Shown here: positions 48,150 to 61,600 of the stretch, one piece after another
Layout of the letters: each line of letters begins with the position of its first letter
How positions within the stretch are numbered: position 1 is the stretch's first letter
Source: Eledone cirrhosa
Lineage: Eukaryota
Assembly (NCBI GenBank): GCA_964016885.1
Contig: OZ024744.1
Location: forward strand, 127,224,001-127,288,000
Reading direction: 5' to 3'
Length of the DNA stretch: 64,000 nucleotides
Position numbers and translations under genes: made by a program
The notes under the pieces: generated by a model
Told to the model about the DNA's origin: nothing
The model's input: only the letters and a program-made list of their open reading frames with translations
The model's database searches: none

Positions 48150-51100
48150 GTTAAGTTAAGTTGGGTTTAAGTTAAGTTGGGGCTAAGTTAAGTTGGGGCT
48201 AAGTTAAGTTGGGGCTGAGTTAAGTTGGGGTTAACTTAAGTTGGGGTTAAGTTGGGGTTAAGTTAAGTTGGGGTTAAATTAAGTTGGGGGTTAGTTAAGT
48301 TGGGGCAAGTTAAGTTGGGGTTAATTTAAGTTGGGGTTAAGTTAAGTTGGGGTTAAATTAAGTTGGGGTTAAGTTAAGTTGGGGTTGAGGTAAGTTGGGG
48401 TTATGTTAAGTTGGGGCTAAGTTAAGTTGGGGCTAAGTTAAGTTGGGGCTGAGTTAAGTTGGGGTTAAGTTAAGTTGGGGTTGAGTTAAGTTGGGGTTAA
48501 GTTAAGTTGGGATTAAGTTAAGTTGGGGTTAAGTTAAGTTCGGCTTGAGTTAAGTTGGGGTTAAGTTAAGTTGGGGTTAATTTAAGTTGGGGTTAAGTTA
48601 AGTTGGGGTTAAGATAAGTTGGGGTTAAGTTAAGTTGGGGTTAAGTTAAGTTTGGGTTGAGTTAATTTGGGGTTAAGTTAAGTTGGGGTTAACTTAAGTT
48701 GGGGTTAAGTTGGGGTTAATTTAAGTTGGGGGTAGGTTAAGTTGGGGTTAAGTTAAGTTGGGGGTAAGTTAAGTCGGGGTTAAGTTAAGTTGGGGGTAAG
48801 TTAAGTCGGGGTTAAGTTAAGTTGGGGTTAAGTTAAGTTGGGGTTAAGTTAAGTTGGGGGTAAGTTAAGTCGGGGTTAAGTTAAGTTGGGGTTAAGTTAA
48901 GTTGGGTTTAAGTTAAGTTGGGGCTAAGTTAAGTTGGGGCTAAGTTAAGTTGGGGCTGAGTTAAGTTGGGGGTAAGTTAAGTTGGGTGTAAGTTAAGTTG
49001 GGGTTAAGTTAAGTTGGGGTTCAGTTCAGTTGGGGTTAAGTTAAGTTGGGGTTAAGTTAAGCTGGGGTTAAGTTAAGTTGGGGTTAAGTTAAGTTGGGGT
49101 TAAGTTAAGTTGGGGTTAAGTTAAGTTGGGGTTGAGTTAAGTTGGGGTTGAGTTAAGTTGGGGTTAAGTTAAGTTGGGGTTAAGTTAAGTTGGGGTTAAG
49201 TTAAGTTGGGGTTAAGTTAAGTTGGGGTTAAGTTAAGTTGGGGTTAAGTTAAGTTGGGGGTAAGTTAAGTTGGGGGCAAGTTAAGTTGGGGTTAAGTTAA
49301 GTTGGGGTTAAGTTAAGTTGGGGTTAAGTTAAGTTAGGGTTAATTTCAGTTGGGGTTATGTTAAGTTGGCGTTAGGTTAAGTTGGGGTTAAGTTAAAGTT
49401 GGGGTTAAGTTAAGTTGGGGTAAAGTTAAGTTAGGGTTAAATTAAGTTGGGGTTCAGTTAAGTTGGGGTTAAATTAAGTTGGGGTTAAGTTAAGTTGGGG
49501 TTAGTTAAGTTGGGGTTAAGTTAAGTTGGGGTTAAATTAAGTTGGGGTTAAGTTAAGTTGGGGTTCAGTTAAGTTGGGGTTAAGTTAAGTTGGCGTTAAG
49601 TTAAGTTGGGGTTAAGTTAAGTTGGGGTTAAGTTAAGTTGGGGTTAAGTTAAGTTGGGGTTAAGTTAAGTTGGGGTTAAGTTAAGTTGGAGTTAAGTCAA
49701 GTTGGGGTTAAGTCAAGTTGGGGTTAAGACAAGTTGGGGTTAAGTCAAGTTGGGGTTAAGACAAGTTGGGGTTAAGTCAAGTTGGGGTTAAGTTAAGTTG
49801 GGGTTAAGTTAAGTTGGGGTTAAGTTAAGTTGGGGGTAAGTTAAGTTGGGTGTAAGTTAAGTTGGGGTTAAGTTAAGTTGGGGTTCAGTTCAGTTGGGGT
49901 TAAGTTAAGTTGGGGTTAAGTTAAGCTGGGGGTAAGTTAAGTTGGGGTTAAGTTAAGTTGGGGTTAAGTTAAGTTAGGGTTAAGTTAAGTTGGGGTTAAG
50001 TTAAGTTGGAGTTAAGTTAAGTTGGGGTTAAGCTAAGTTGGGGTTCAGTTAAGTTGGGGTTAAGTTAATTTGGGGCTGAGTTAAGTTGGGGTTAAGTTAA
50101 GTTCGGGTTGAGTTAAGTTGGGGGTAAGTTAAGTTGGGGTTAAGTTAAGTTGGGGTTAAGTTAAGTTGGGGTTAAGACAAGTTGGGGTTAAGTTAAGTTG
50201 GGGTTAATTTAAGTTGGGGTTGAGTTAATTTGGGTTTAAGTTAAGTTGGGCTTAACTTAAGTTGGGGTTAAGTTAAGTTGGGGTTAAGTTAAGTTGGGGG
50301 TAAGTTAAGTTGGGGGCAAGTTAAGTTGGGGTTAATTTAAGTTGGGGTTAAGTTAAGTTGGGGTTATGTTAAGTTGGGGTTAAGTTAAGTTGGGGTTAAG
50401 TTAAGTTGGGGGTAACTTAAGTTGGGGTTAAGTTAAGTTGGGGTTAAGTTAAGTTGAGGGTAAGTTAAGTTGAGGGTAAGTTAAGTTGAGGTTAAGTTAA
50501 GTTGGGGTTAAGTTAAGTTGGGGGTAAGTTAAGTTGGGGGTAAGTTAAGTTGGGGTTAAGTTAAGTTGGGGTTAAATTAAGTTGAGGTTAAGTTAATTTG
50601 GGGTTAAGTTGGGGTTAAGTTAAGTTGGGGGTAAGATAAGTTGGGGCTAAGTTAAGTTGGGGCTAAGTCAAGTTGGGGTTAAGTCAAGTTGAGGTTAACT
50701 TAAGTTGGGGTTAAGTTAAGTTGGGGTTAAGTTAAGTTGGGGCTAAGTTAAGTTGGGGCTAAGTTAAGTTGGGGCTGAGTTAAGTTGGGGTTAAGTTAAG
50801 TTGGGGTTAAGTTAAGTTAGAGTTAATTTCAGTTGGGGTTATGTTAAGTTGGGGTTAAGTTAAAGTTGGGGTTAAGTTAAGTTGGGGTAAAGTTAAGTTA
50901 GGGTTAAGTTAAGTTGGGGTTAAGTTAAGTTGGGCTTAAATTAAGTTGGGGTTTAGTTAAGTTGGGGTTAAGTTAAGTTGGGGTTAAATTAAGTTGGGGT
51001 TCAGTTAAGTTGGGGTTAAATTAAGTTGGGGTTAAGTTAAGTTGGGGTTAAGTTAAGTTGGGGTTAAGTTAAGTTGGGGTTAAGTTAAGTTGGGGTTAAG

Positions 51101-52590
51101 TTAAGTTGGGGTTAAGTTAAGTTGGGGTTAAGTTAAGTTGGGTTTAAGTTAAGTTGGGGCTAAGTTAAGTTGGGGCTAAGTTAAGTTGGGGCTGAGTTAA
51201 GTTGGGGTTAACTTAAGTTGGGGTTAAGTTGGGGTTAAATTAAGTTGGGGGTTAGTTAAGTTGGGGCAAGTTAAGTTGGGGTTAATTTAAGTTGGGGTTA
51301 AGTTAAGTTGGGGTTAAATTAAGTTGGGGTTAAGTTAAGTTGGGGTTGAGGTAAGTTGGGGTTATGTTAAGTTGGGGCTAAGTTAAGTTGGGGCTAAGTT
51401 AAGTTGGGGCTGAGTTAAGTTGGGGTTAAGTTAAGTTGGGGTTGAGTTAAGTTGGGGTTAAGTTAAGTTGGGATTAAGTTAAGTTGGGGTTAAGTTAAGT
51501 TCGGCTTGAGTTAAGTTGGGGTTAAGTTAAGTTGGGGTTAATTTAAGTTGGGGTTAAGTTAAGTTGGGGTTAAGATAAGTTGGGGTTAAGTTAAGTTGGG
51601 GTTAAGTTAAGTTTGGGTTGAGTTAATTTGGGGTTAAGTTAAGTTGTGGTTAACTTAAGTTGGGGTTAAGTTGGGGTTAATTTAAGTTGGGGGTAGGTTA
51701 AGTTGGGGTTAAGTTAAGTTGGGGGTAAGTTAAGTCGGGGTTAAGTTAAGTTGGGGGTAAGTTAAGTCGGGGTTAAGTTAAGTTGGGGTTAAGTTAAGTT
51801 GGGGTTAAGTTAAGTTGTGGGTAAGTTAAGTCGGGGTTAAGTTAAGTTGGGGTTAAGTTAAGTTGGGTTTAAGTTAAGTTGGGGCTAAGTTAAGTTGGGG
51901 CTAAGTTAAGTTGGGGCTGAGTTAAGTTGGGGGTAAGTTAAGTTGGGTGTAAGTTAAGTTGGGGTTAAGTTAAGTTGGGGTTCAGTTCAGTTGGGGTTAA
52001 GTTAAGTTGGGGTTAAGTTAAGCTGGGGTTAAGTTAAGTTGGGGTTAAGTTAAGTTGGGGTTAAGTTAAGTTGGGGTTAAGTTAAGTTCGGGTTGAGTTA
52101 AGTTGGGGTTGAGTTAAGTTGGGGTTAAGTTAAGTTGGGGTTAAGTTAAGTTGGGGTTAAGTTAAGTTGGGGTTAAGTTAAGTTGGGGTTAAGTTAAGTT
52201 GGGGTTAAGTTAAGTTGGGGGTAAGTTAAGTTGGGGGCAAGTTAAGTTGGGGTTAAGTTAAGTTGGGGTTAAGTTAAGTTGGGGTTAAGTTAAGTTAGGG
52301 TTAATTTCAGTTGGGGTTATGTTAAGTTGGCGTTAGGTTAAGTTGGGGTTAAGTTAAAGTTGGGGTTAAGTTAAGTTGGGGTAAAGTTAAGTTAGGGTTA
52401 AATTAAGTTGGGGTTCAGTTAAGTTGGGGTTAAATTAAGTTGGGGTTAAGTTAAGTTGGGGTTAGTTAAGTTGGGGTTAAGTTAAGTTGGGGTTAAATTA
52501 AGTTGGGGTTAAGTTAAGTTGGGGTTCAGTTAAGTTGGGGTTAAGTTAAGTTGGCGTTAAGTTAAGTTGGGGTTAAGTTAAGTTGGGGTT
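48150..52590 (+). repeat. ~1.45-kb block duplicated at offset 2,961 (~48,150-49,600 and ~51,110-52,590)
   Basis: AAGTCGGGG at 48771 vs 51732 and GGCGTTAGG (C at 49370 vs 52331), both at offset 2,961. Confidence 0.85.
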
Positions 52591-52600
52591 AAGTTAAGTT

Positions 52601-55600
52601 GGAGGTAACTTAAGTTGGGGTTAAGTTAAGTTGGGGTTAAGTTAAGTTGAGGGTAAGTTAAGTTGAGGGTAAGTTAAGTTGAGGTTAAGTTAAGTTGGGG
52701 TTAAGTTAAGTTGGGGGTAAGTTAAGTTGGGGGTAAGTTAAGTTGGGGTTAAGTTAAGTTGGGGTTAAATTAAGTTGAGGTTAAGTTAATTTGGGGTTAA
52801 GTTGGGGTTAAGTTAAGTTGGGGGTAAGATAAGTTGGGGCTAAGTTAAGTTGGGGCTAAGTCAAGTTGGGGTTAAGTCAAGTTGAGGTTAACTTAAGTTG
52901 GGGTTAAGTTAAGTTGGGGTTAAGTTAAGTTGGGGCTAAGTTAAGTTGGGGCTAAGTTAAGTTGGGGCTGAGTTAAGTTGGGGTTAAGTTAAGTTGGGGT
53001 TAAGTTAAGTTGGGGTTAAGTTAAGTTAGGGTTAATTTCAGTTGGGGTTATGTTAAGTTGGGGTTAAGTTAAAGTTGGGGTTAAGTTAAGTTGGGGTAAA
53101 GTTAAGTTAGGGTTAAGTTAAGTTGGGGTTAAGTTAAGTTGGGCTTAAATTAAGTTGGGGTTAAGTTAAGTTGGGGTTAGTTAAGTTGGGGTTAAGTTAA
53201 GTTGGGGTTAAGTTAAGTTGGGGTTAAGTTAAGTTGGGGTTAAGTTAAGTTGGGGTTAAGTTAAGTTGGGGTTAAGTTAAGTTGGGGTTAAGTTAAGTTG
53301 GGGTTCAGTTAAGTTGGGGTTAAGTTAAGTTGGGGTTAAGTTAAGTTGGGGTTAGTTAAGTTGGGGTTAAGTTAAGTTGGAGTTAAGTTAAGTTGGGGTT
53401 AAGTTAAGTTGGGGTTAAGTTAAGTTGGGGTTAAGTTAAGTTGGCGTTAAGTTAAGTTGGGGTTAAGTTAAGTTGGGGTTAATTTAAGTTGGGGTTAAGA
53501 TAAGGTGTGGTTAAGTTAAGTTGGGGGTAAGTTAAGTTGGGTGTAAGTTAAGTTGGGGTTAAGTTAAGTTGGGGTTCAGTTCAGTTGGGGTTAAGTTAAG
53601 TTGGGGTTAAGTTAAGCTGGGGGTAAGTTAAGTTGGGCTTAAGTTAAGTTGGGGTTAAGTTAAGTTGGGGTTAAGTTAAGTTGGGGTTAAGTTAAGTTGG
53701 GGTTAAGTTAAGTTGGAGTTAAGTTAAGTTGGGGTTAAGCTAAGTTGGGGTTCAGTTAAGTTGGGGTTAAGTTAATTTGGGGCTGAGTTAAGTTGGGGTT
53801 AAGTTAAGTTCGGGTTGAGTTAAGTTGGGGTTAAGTTAAGTTGGGGTTAAGTTAAGTTGGGGTTAAGTTAAGTTGGGGTTAAGATAAGTTGGGGTTAAGT
53901 TAAGTTGGGGTTAATTTAAGTTGGGGTTGAGGTAATTTGGGTTTAAGTTAAGTTGGGCTTAACTTAAGTTGGGGTTAAGTTGGGGTTAAGTTAAGTTGGG
54001 GTTAAGTTAAGTTGGGCGTAAGTTAAGTTGGGGGCAAGTTAAGTTGGGGTTAATTTAAGTTGGGGTTAAGTTAAGTTGGGGTTATGTTAAGTTGGGGTTA
54101 TGTTAAGTTGGGGTTAAGTTAAGTTGGGGTTAAGTTAAGTTGGGGGTAAGTTAAGTTGATGGTAAGTTAAGTTGGGGTTAAGTTAAGTTGGGGTTAAGTT
54201 AAGTTGGGGGTAAGATAAGTTGGGGCTAAGTTAAGTTGGGCTTAACTTAAGTTGGGGTTAAGTTGGGGTTAATTTAAGTTGGGGTTAAGTTAAGTTGGGG
54301 TTAAGGTAAGTTGGGGTTAAGTTAAGTTGGGGCTAAGTTAAGTTGGGGCTAAGTTAAGTTGGGGCTGAGTTAAGTTGGGGTTAAGTTGGGGTTGAGTTAA
54401 GTTGGGGTTAAGTTAAGTTGGGGTTAACTTAAGTTGGGGTTAAGTTAAGATGGGGTTAAGTTAAGTTGGGGGTAAGTTAAGTTGGGGGCAAGTTGAGTTG
54501 GGGTTAAGTTAAGTTGGGGTTAAGGTAAGGTGGGGGTAAGTTAAGTTGGGGGTAAGTTAAGTTGGCGTTAAGTTAAGTTGGGGTTAAGTTAAGTTGGGTT
54601 TAAGTTAAGTTGGGGCTAAGTTAAGTTGGGGCTAAGTTAAGTTGGGGCTGAGTTAAGTTGGGGTTGAGTTAAGTTGGGGTTAACTTAAGTTGGGGTTAAG
54701 ATGGGGTTAAGTTAAGTTGGGGGTTAGTTAAGTTGGGGGCAAGTTAAGTTGGGGTTAATTTAAGTTGGGGTTAAGTTAAGTTGGGGTTATGTTAAGTTGG
54801 GGTTAAGTTAAGTTGGGGTTAAGTTAAGTTGGGGGTAAGTTAACTGGGGTTAAGTTAAGTTGGGGGTAAGTTAAGTTGAGGCTAAGTTAAGTTGGGGTTA
54901 AGTTAAGTTGGGGTTCAATTAAGTTGGGGGTAAGTTAAGTTGGGGGTAAGTTAAGTTGGGGTTAAGTTAAGTTGGCGTTAAATTAAATTGAGGTTAAGTT
55001 AAGTTGGGGTTAAGTTAAGTTGGGGTTAAGTTAAGTTGGGGTTAAGATAAGTTGGGGCTAAGTTCAGTTGGGGCTAAGTCAAGTTGGGGTTAAGTCAAGT
55101 TGAGGTTAACTTAAGTTGGGGTTAAGTTAAGTTGGGGTTAAGTTAAGTTGGGGTTAAGGTAAGTTGGGGTTATGTTAAGTTGGGGCTAAGTTAAGTTGGG
55201 GCTAAGTTAAGTTGGGGCTAAGTTAAGTTGGGGCTGAGTTAAGTTGGGGTTAAGTTAAGTTGGGGTTGAGTTAAGTTGGGGTTAAGTTAAGTTGGGATTA
55301 AGTTAAGTTGGGGTTAAGTTAAGTTCGGCTTGAGTTAAGTTGGGGTTAAGTTAAGTTGGGGTTAATTTAAGTTGGGGTTAAGTTAAGTTGGGGGTAAGTT
55401 AAGTTGGGTGTAAGTTAAGTTGGGGTTAAGTTAAGTTGGGGTTCAGTTCAGTTGGGGTTAAGTTAAGTTGGGGTTAAGTTAAGTTGTGGTTAAGTTAAGC
55501 TGGGGGTAAGTTAAGTTGGGGTTAAGTTAAGTTGGGGTTAAGTTAAGTTGGGGGTAAGATAAGTTGGGGCTAAGTTAAGTAGGGGCTAAGTCAAGTTGGG

Positions 55601-58600
55601 GTTAAGTCAAGTTGAGGTTAACTTAAGTTGGGGTTAAGTTAAGTTGGGGTTAAGTTAAGTTGGGGCTAAGTTAAGTTGGGGCTAAGTTAAGTTGGGGCTG
55701 AGTTAATTTGGGGTTAAGTTAAGTTGGGGTTAAGTTAAGTTAGGGTTAATTTCAGTTGGGGTTATGTTAAGTTGGGGTTAAGTTAAAGTTGGGGTTAAGT
55801 TAAGTTGGGGTAAAGTTAAGTTAGGGTTAAGTTAAGTTGGGGTTAAGTTAAGTTGGGCTTAAATTAAGTTGGGGTTAAGTTAAGTTGGGGTTAAGTTAAG
55901 TTGGGGTTAAATTAAGTTGGGGTTCAGTTAAGTTGGGGTTAAATTAAGTTGGGGTTAAGTTAAGTTGGGGTTAGTTAAGTTGGGGTTAAGTTAAGTTGGG
56001 GTTAAGTTAAGTTGGGGTTAAGTTAAGTTGGGGTTAAGTTAAGTTGGGGTTAAGTTAAGTTGGGGTTAAGTTAAGTTGGGGTTAAATTAAGTTGGGGCTC
56101 AGTTAAGTTGGGGTTAAGTTAAGTTGGGGTTAAGTTAAGTTGGGGTTAGTTAAGTTGGGGTTAAGTTAAGTTGGGGTTAAGTTAAGTTGGCGTTAAGTTA
56201 AGTTGGGGTTAAGTTAAGTTGGGGTTAATTTAAGTTGGGGTTAAGATAAGGTGTGGTTAAGTTAAGTTGGGGGTAAGTTAAGTTGGGTGTAAGTTAAGTT
56301 GGGGTTAAGTTAAGTTGGGGTTCAGTTCAGTTGGGGTTAAGTTAAGTTGGGGTTAAGTTAAGCTGGGGGTAAGTTAAGTTGGGGTTAAGTTAAGTTGGGG
56401 TTAAGTTAAGTTGGGCTTAAGTTAAGTTGGGGTTAAGTTAAGTTGGGGTTAAGTTAAGTTGGAGTTAAGTTAAGTTGGGGTTAAGCTAAGTTGGGGTTCA
56501 GTTAAGTTGGGGTTAAGTTAATTTGGGGCTGAGTTAAGTTGGGGTTAAGTTAAGTTCGGGTTGAGTTAAGTTGGGGTTAAGTTAAGTTGGGGTTAAGTTA
56601 AGTTGGGGTTAAGTTAAGTTGGGGTTAAGATAAGTTGGGGTTAAGTTAAGTTGGGGTTAATTTAAGTTGGGGTGAGGTAATTTGGGTTTAAGTTAAGTTG
56701 GGCTTAACTTAAGTTGGGGTTAAGTTGGGGTTAAGTTAAGTTGGGGTTAAGTTAAGTTGGGGGTAAGTTAAGTTGGGGGCAAGTTAAGTTGGGGTTAATT
56801 TAAGTTGGGGTTAAGTTAAGTTGGGGTTATGTTAAGTTGGGGTTATGTTAAGTTGGGGTTAAGTTAAGTTGGGGTTAAGTTAAGTTGGGGGTAAGTTAAG
56901 TTGATGGTAAGTTAAGTTGGGGTTAAGTTAAGTTGGGGTTAAGTTAAGTTGGGGGTAAGATAAGTTGGGGCTAAGTTAAGTTGGGCTTAACTTAAGTTGG
57001 GGTTAAGTTGGGGTTAATTTAAGTTGGGGTTAAGTTAAGTTGGGGTTAAGGTAAGTTGGGGTTAAGTTAAGTTGGGGCTAAGTTAAGTTGGGGCTAAGTT
57101 AAGTTGGGGCTGAGTTAAGTTGGGGTTAAGTTGGGGTTGAGTTAAGTTGGGGTTAAGTTAAGTTGGGGTTAACTTAAGTTGGGGTTAAGTTAAGATGGGG
57201 GCAAGTTGAGTTGGGGTTAAGTTAAGTTGGGGTTAAGTTAAGGTGGGGGTAAGTTAAGTTGGGGGTAAGTTAAGTTGGCGTTAAGTTAAGTTGGGGTTAA
57301 GTTAAGTTGGGTTTAAGTTAAGTTGGGGCTAAGTTAAGTTGGGGCTAAGTTAAGTTGGGGCTGAGTTAAGTTGGGGTTGAGTTAAGTTGGGGTTAACTTA
57401 AGTTGGGGTTAAGTTGGGGTTAAGTTAAGTTGGGGGTTAGTTAAGTTGGGGGCAAGTTAAGTTGGGGTTAATTTAAGTTGGGGTTAAGTTAAGTTGGGGT
57501 TATGTTAAGTTGGGGTTATGTTAAGTTGGGGTTAAGTTAAGTTGGGGTTAAGTTAAGTTGGGGGTAAGTTAACTGGGGTTAAGTTAAGTTGGGGGTAAGT
57601 TAAGTTGAGGCTAAGTTAAGTTGGGGTTAAGTTAAGTTGGGGTTCAATTAAGTTGGGGGTAAGTTAAGTTGGGGGTAAGTTAAGTTGGGGTTAAGTTAAG
57701 TTGGGGTTAAATTAAGTTGAGGTTAAGTTAAGTTGGGGTTAAGTTAAGTTGGAGTTAAGTTAAGTTGGGGTTAAGATAAGTTGGGGCTAAGTTCAGTTGG
57801 GGCTAAGTCAAGTTGGGGTTAAGTCAAGTTGAGGTTAACTTAAGTTGGGGTTAAGTTAAGTTGGGGTTAAGGTAAGTTGGGGTTAAGGTAAGTTGGGGTT
57901 ATGTTAAGTTGGGGCTAAGTTAAGTTGGGGCTAATTTAAGTTGGGGCTAAGTTAAGTTGGGGCTGAGTTAAGTTGGGGTTAAGTTAAGTTGGGGTTGAGT
58001 TAAGTTGGGGTTAAGTTAAGTTGGGATTAAGTTAAGTTGGGGTTAAGTTAAGTTCGGCTTGAGTTAAGTTGGGGTTAAGTTAAGTTGGGGTTAATTTAAG
58101 TTGGGGTTAAGTTAAGTTGGGGGTAAGTTAAGTTGGGTGTAAGTTAAGTTGGGGTTAAGTTAAGTTGGGGTTCATTTCAGTTGGGGTTAAGTTAAGTTGG
58201 GGTTAAGTTAAGTTGGGGTTAAGTTAAGCTGGGGGTAAGTTAAGTTGGGGTTAAGTTAAGTTGGGGTTAAGTTAAGTTGGGGTTAAGTTAAGTTGGAGTT
58301 AAGTTAAGTTGGGGTTAAGCTAAGTTGGGGTTCAGTTAAGTTGGGGTTAAGTTAATTTGGGGCTGAGTTAAGTTGGGGTTAAGTTAAGTTCGGGTTGAGT
58401 TAAGTTGGGGTTAAGTTAAGTTGGGGTTAAGTTAAGTTGGGGTTAAGATAAGTTGGGGTTAAGTTAAGTTGGGGTTAATTTAAGTTGGGGTTGAGTTAAT
58501 TTGGGTTTAAGTTAAGTTGGGCTTAACTTAAGTTGGGGTTAAGTTGGGGTTAAGTTAAGTTGGGGTTAAGTTAAGTTGGGGGTAAGTTAAGTTGGGGGCA

Positions 58601-61600
58601 AGTTAAGTTGGGGTTAATTTAAGTTGGGGTTAAGTTAAGTTGGGGTTATGTTAAGTTGGGGTTATGTTAAGTTGGGGTTAAGTTAAGTTGGGGTTAAGTT
58701 AAGTTGGGGGTAACTTAAGTTGGGGTTAAGTTGAGGGTAAGTTAAGTTGAGGGTAAGTTAAGTTGAGGTTAAGTTAAGTTGGGGTTAAGTTAAGTTGGGG
58801 GTAAGTTAAGTTGGGGGTAAGTTAAGTTGAGGTTAAGTTAAGTTGGGGTTAAATTATGTTGAGGTTAAGTTAATTTGGGGTTAAGTTAAGTTGGGGTTAA
58901 GTTAAGTTGGGGGTAAGATAAGTCGGGGCTAAGTTAAGTTGGGGCTAAGTCAAGTTGGGGTTAAGTCAAGTTGAGGTTAACTTAAGTTGGGGTTAATTTA
59001 AGTTGGGGTTAAGTTAAGTTGGGGTTAAGGTAAGTTGGGGTTAAGTTAAGTTGGGGCTAAGTTAAGTTGGGGTTGAGTTAAGTTGGGGTTGAGTTAAGTT
59101 GGGGTTGAGATATGTTGGGGTTAAGTTAAGTTGGGGTTAAGTTAAGTTGGGGGTAAGTTAAGTTGGGGGCGAGTTAAGTTGGGGTTAAGTTAAGTTGGGG
59201 TTAAGTTAAGTTGGGGTTAAGTTAAGTTAGGGTTAATTTCAGTTGGGGTTATGTTAAGTTGGCGTTAAGTTAAGTTGGGGTTAAGTTAAAGTTGGGGTTA
59301 AGTTAAGTTGGGGTAAAGTTAAGTTAGGGTTAAGTTAAGTTGGGGTTAAGTTAAGTTGGGGTTAAGTTAAGTTGGGGTTAAGTTAAGTTGGAGTTAAGTT
59401 AAGTTGGGGTTAACTTATGTTGAGGTTAAGTTGGGGTTAAGTTAAGTTGGGGTTAAGTTAAGTTGGGGGTTAGTTAAGTTGGGGGCAAGTTAAGTTGGGG
59501 TTAATTTAAGTTGGGGTTAAGTTAAGTTGGGGTTATGCTAAGTTGGGGTTAAGTTAAGTTGGGGTTAAGTTAAGTTGGGGGTAAGTTAAGTTGGGGTTAA
59601 GTTAAGTTGGGGGTAAGTTAAGTTGGGGGTAAGTTAAGTTGAGGGTAAGTTAAGTTGGGGTTAAGTTAAGTTGGGGTTAAATTGAGTTGGGGGTAAGTTA
59701 AGTTGGGGGTAAGTTAAGTTGGGGTTAAGTTAAGTTGGGGTTAAGTTAAGTTGGGGTTAAGTTAAGGTGGGGGTAAGTTAAGTTGGGGTTAAGTTAATTT
59801 GCGGTTAAGTTAGGTTGTGGGTTAAGTTAAGTTGGGGTTAAGTTAAGCTGGGGTTAAGTTGGGGTAAGTTAAGTTGGGGTTAAGTTAAGTTGGGGTTAAG
59901 TTAAGTTGGGGTTAAGTTAAGTTGGGGGTAAGTTAAGTTGGGGTTAAGTTAAGTTGGGGTTAAGTTGGGGTTAAGTTAAGTTGGGGGTAAGATAAGTTGG
60001 GGCTAAGTTAAGTTGGGGCTAAGTCAAGTTGGGGTTAAGTCAAGTTGAGGTTAACTTAAGTTGGGGTTAAGTTAAGTTGGGGTTAAGTTAAGTTGGGGTT
60101 AAGGTAAGTTGGGGTTAAGTTAAGTTGGGGCTAAGTTAAGTTGGGGCTAAGTTAAGTTGGGGCTGAGTTAAGTTGGGGTTAAGTTGGGGTTGAGTTAATT
60201 TGGGGTTAAGTTAAGTTGGGATTAATTAAGTTGGGGTTAAGTTAAGTTCGGGTTGAGTTAAGTTGGGGTTAAGTTAAGTTGGGGTTAATTTAAGTTGGGG
60301 TTAAGTTAAGTTGGGGTTAAGATAAGTTGGGGTTAAGTTAAGTTGGGGTTAAGTTAAGTTGGGGTTGAGTTAATTTGGGGTTAAGTTAAGTTGGGGTTAA
60401 CTTAAGTTTGGGTTAAGTTAAGTTGGGGTTAAGTTAAGTTGGGGGTAAGTTAAGTTGGGTGCAAGTTGAGTTGGGGTTAAGTTAAGTTGGGGTTAAGTTA
60501 AGGTGGGGGTAAGTTAAGTTGGGGGTAAGTTAAGTTGGGGTTAAGTTAAGTTGGGGTTAAGTTAAGTTGGGTTTAAGTTAAGTTGGGGCTAAGTTAAGTT
60601 GGGGCTAAGTTAAGTTGGGGCTGAGTTAAGTTGGGGTTAACTTAAGTTGGGGTTAAGTTGGGGTTAAGTTAAGTTGGGGTTAAATTAAGTTGGGGGTTAG
60701 TTAAGTTGGGGCAAGTTAAGTTGGGGTTAATTTAAGTTGGGGTTAAGTTAAGTTGGGGTTAAATTAAGTTGGGGTTAAGTTAAGTTGGGGTTGAGGTAAG
60801 TTGGGGTTATGTTAAGTTGGGGCTAAGTTAAGTTGGGGCTAAGTTAAGTTGGGGCTGAGTTAAGTTGGGGTTAAGTTAAGTTGGGGTTGAGTTAAGTTGG
60901 GGTTAAGTTAAGTTGGGATTAAGTTAAGTTGGGGTTAAGTTAAGTTCGGCTTGAGTTAAGTTGGGGTTAAGTTAAGTTGGGGTTAATTTAAGTTGGGGTT
61001 AAGTTAAGTTGGGGTTAAGATAAGTTGGGGTTAAGTTAAGTTGGGGTTAAGTTAAGTTTGGGTTGAGTTAATTTGGGGTTAAGTTAAGTTGGGGTTAACT
61101 TAAGTTGGGGTTAAGTTGGGGTTAATTTAAGTTGGGGGTAGGTTAAGTTGGGGTTAAGTTAAGTTGGGGGTAAGTTAAGTCGGGGTTAAGTTAAGTTGGG
61201 GGTAAGTTAAGTCGGGGTTAAGTTAAGTTGGGGTTAAGTTAAGTTGGGGTTAAGTTAAGTTGGGGGTAAGTTAAGTCGGGGTTAAGTTAAGTTGGGGTTA
61301 AGTTAAGTTGGGTTTAAGTTAAGTTGGGGCTAAGTTAAGTTGGGGCTAAGTTAAGTTGGGGCTGAGTTAAGTTGGGGGTAAGTTAAGTTGGGTGTAAGTT
61401 AAGTTGGGGTTAAGTTAAGTTGGGGTTCAGTTCAGTTGGGGTTAAGTTAAGTTGGGGTTAAGTTAAGCTGGGGTTAAGTTAAGTTGGGGTTAAGTTAAGT
61501 TGGGGTTAAGTTAAGTTGGGGTTAAGTTAAGTTGGGGTTGAGTTAAGTTGGGGTTGAGTTAAGTTGGGGTTAAGTTAAGTTGGGGTTAAGTTAAGTTGGG

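Larger units (their letters stand above)
35500..52600 (+). repeat. 12.4-kb higher-order repeat, copy A (17.1 kb long because it contains the 4.6-kb duplication)
   Basis: Markers left of the duplication recur at offset 17,030 (36473 to 53503; 36608 to 53638). Markers in its second copy and to the right recur at offset 12,406 (43175, 45767, 46701, 47816, 49728). Confidence 0.85.
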
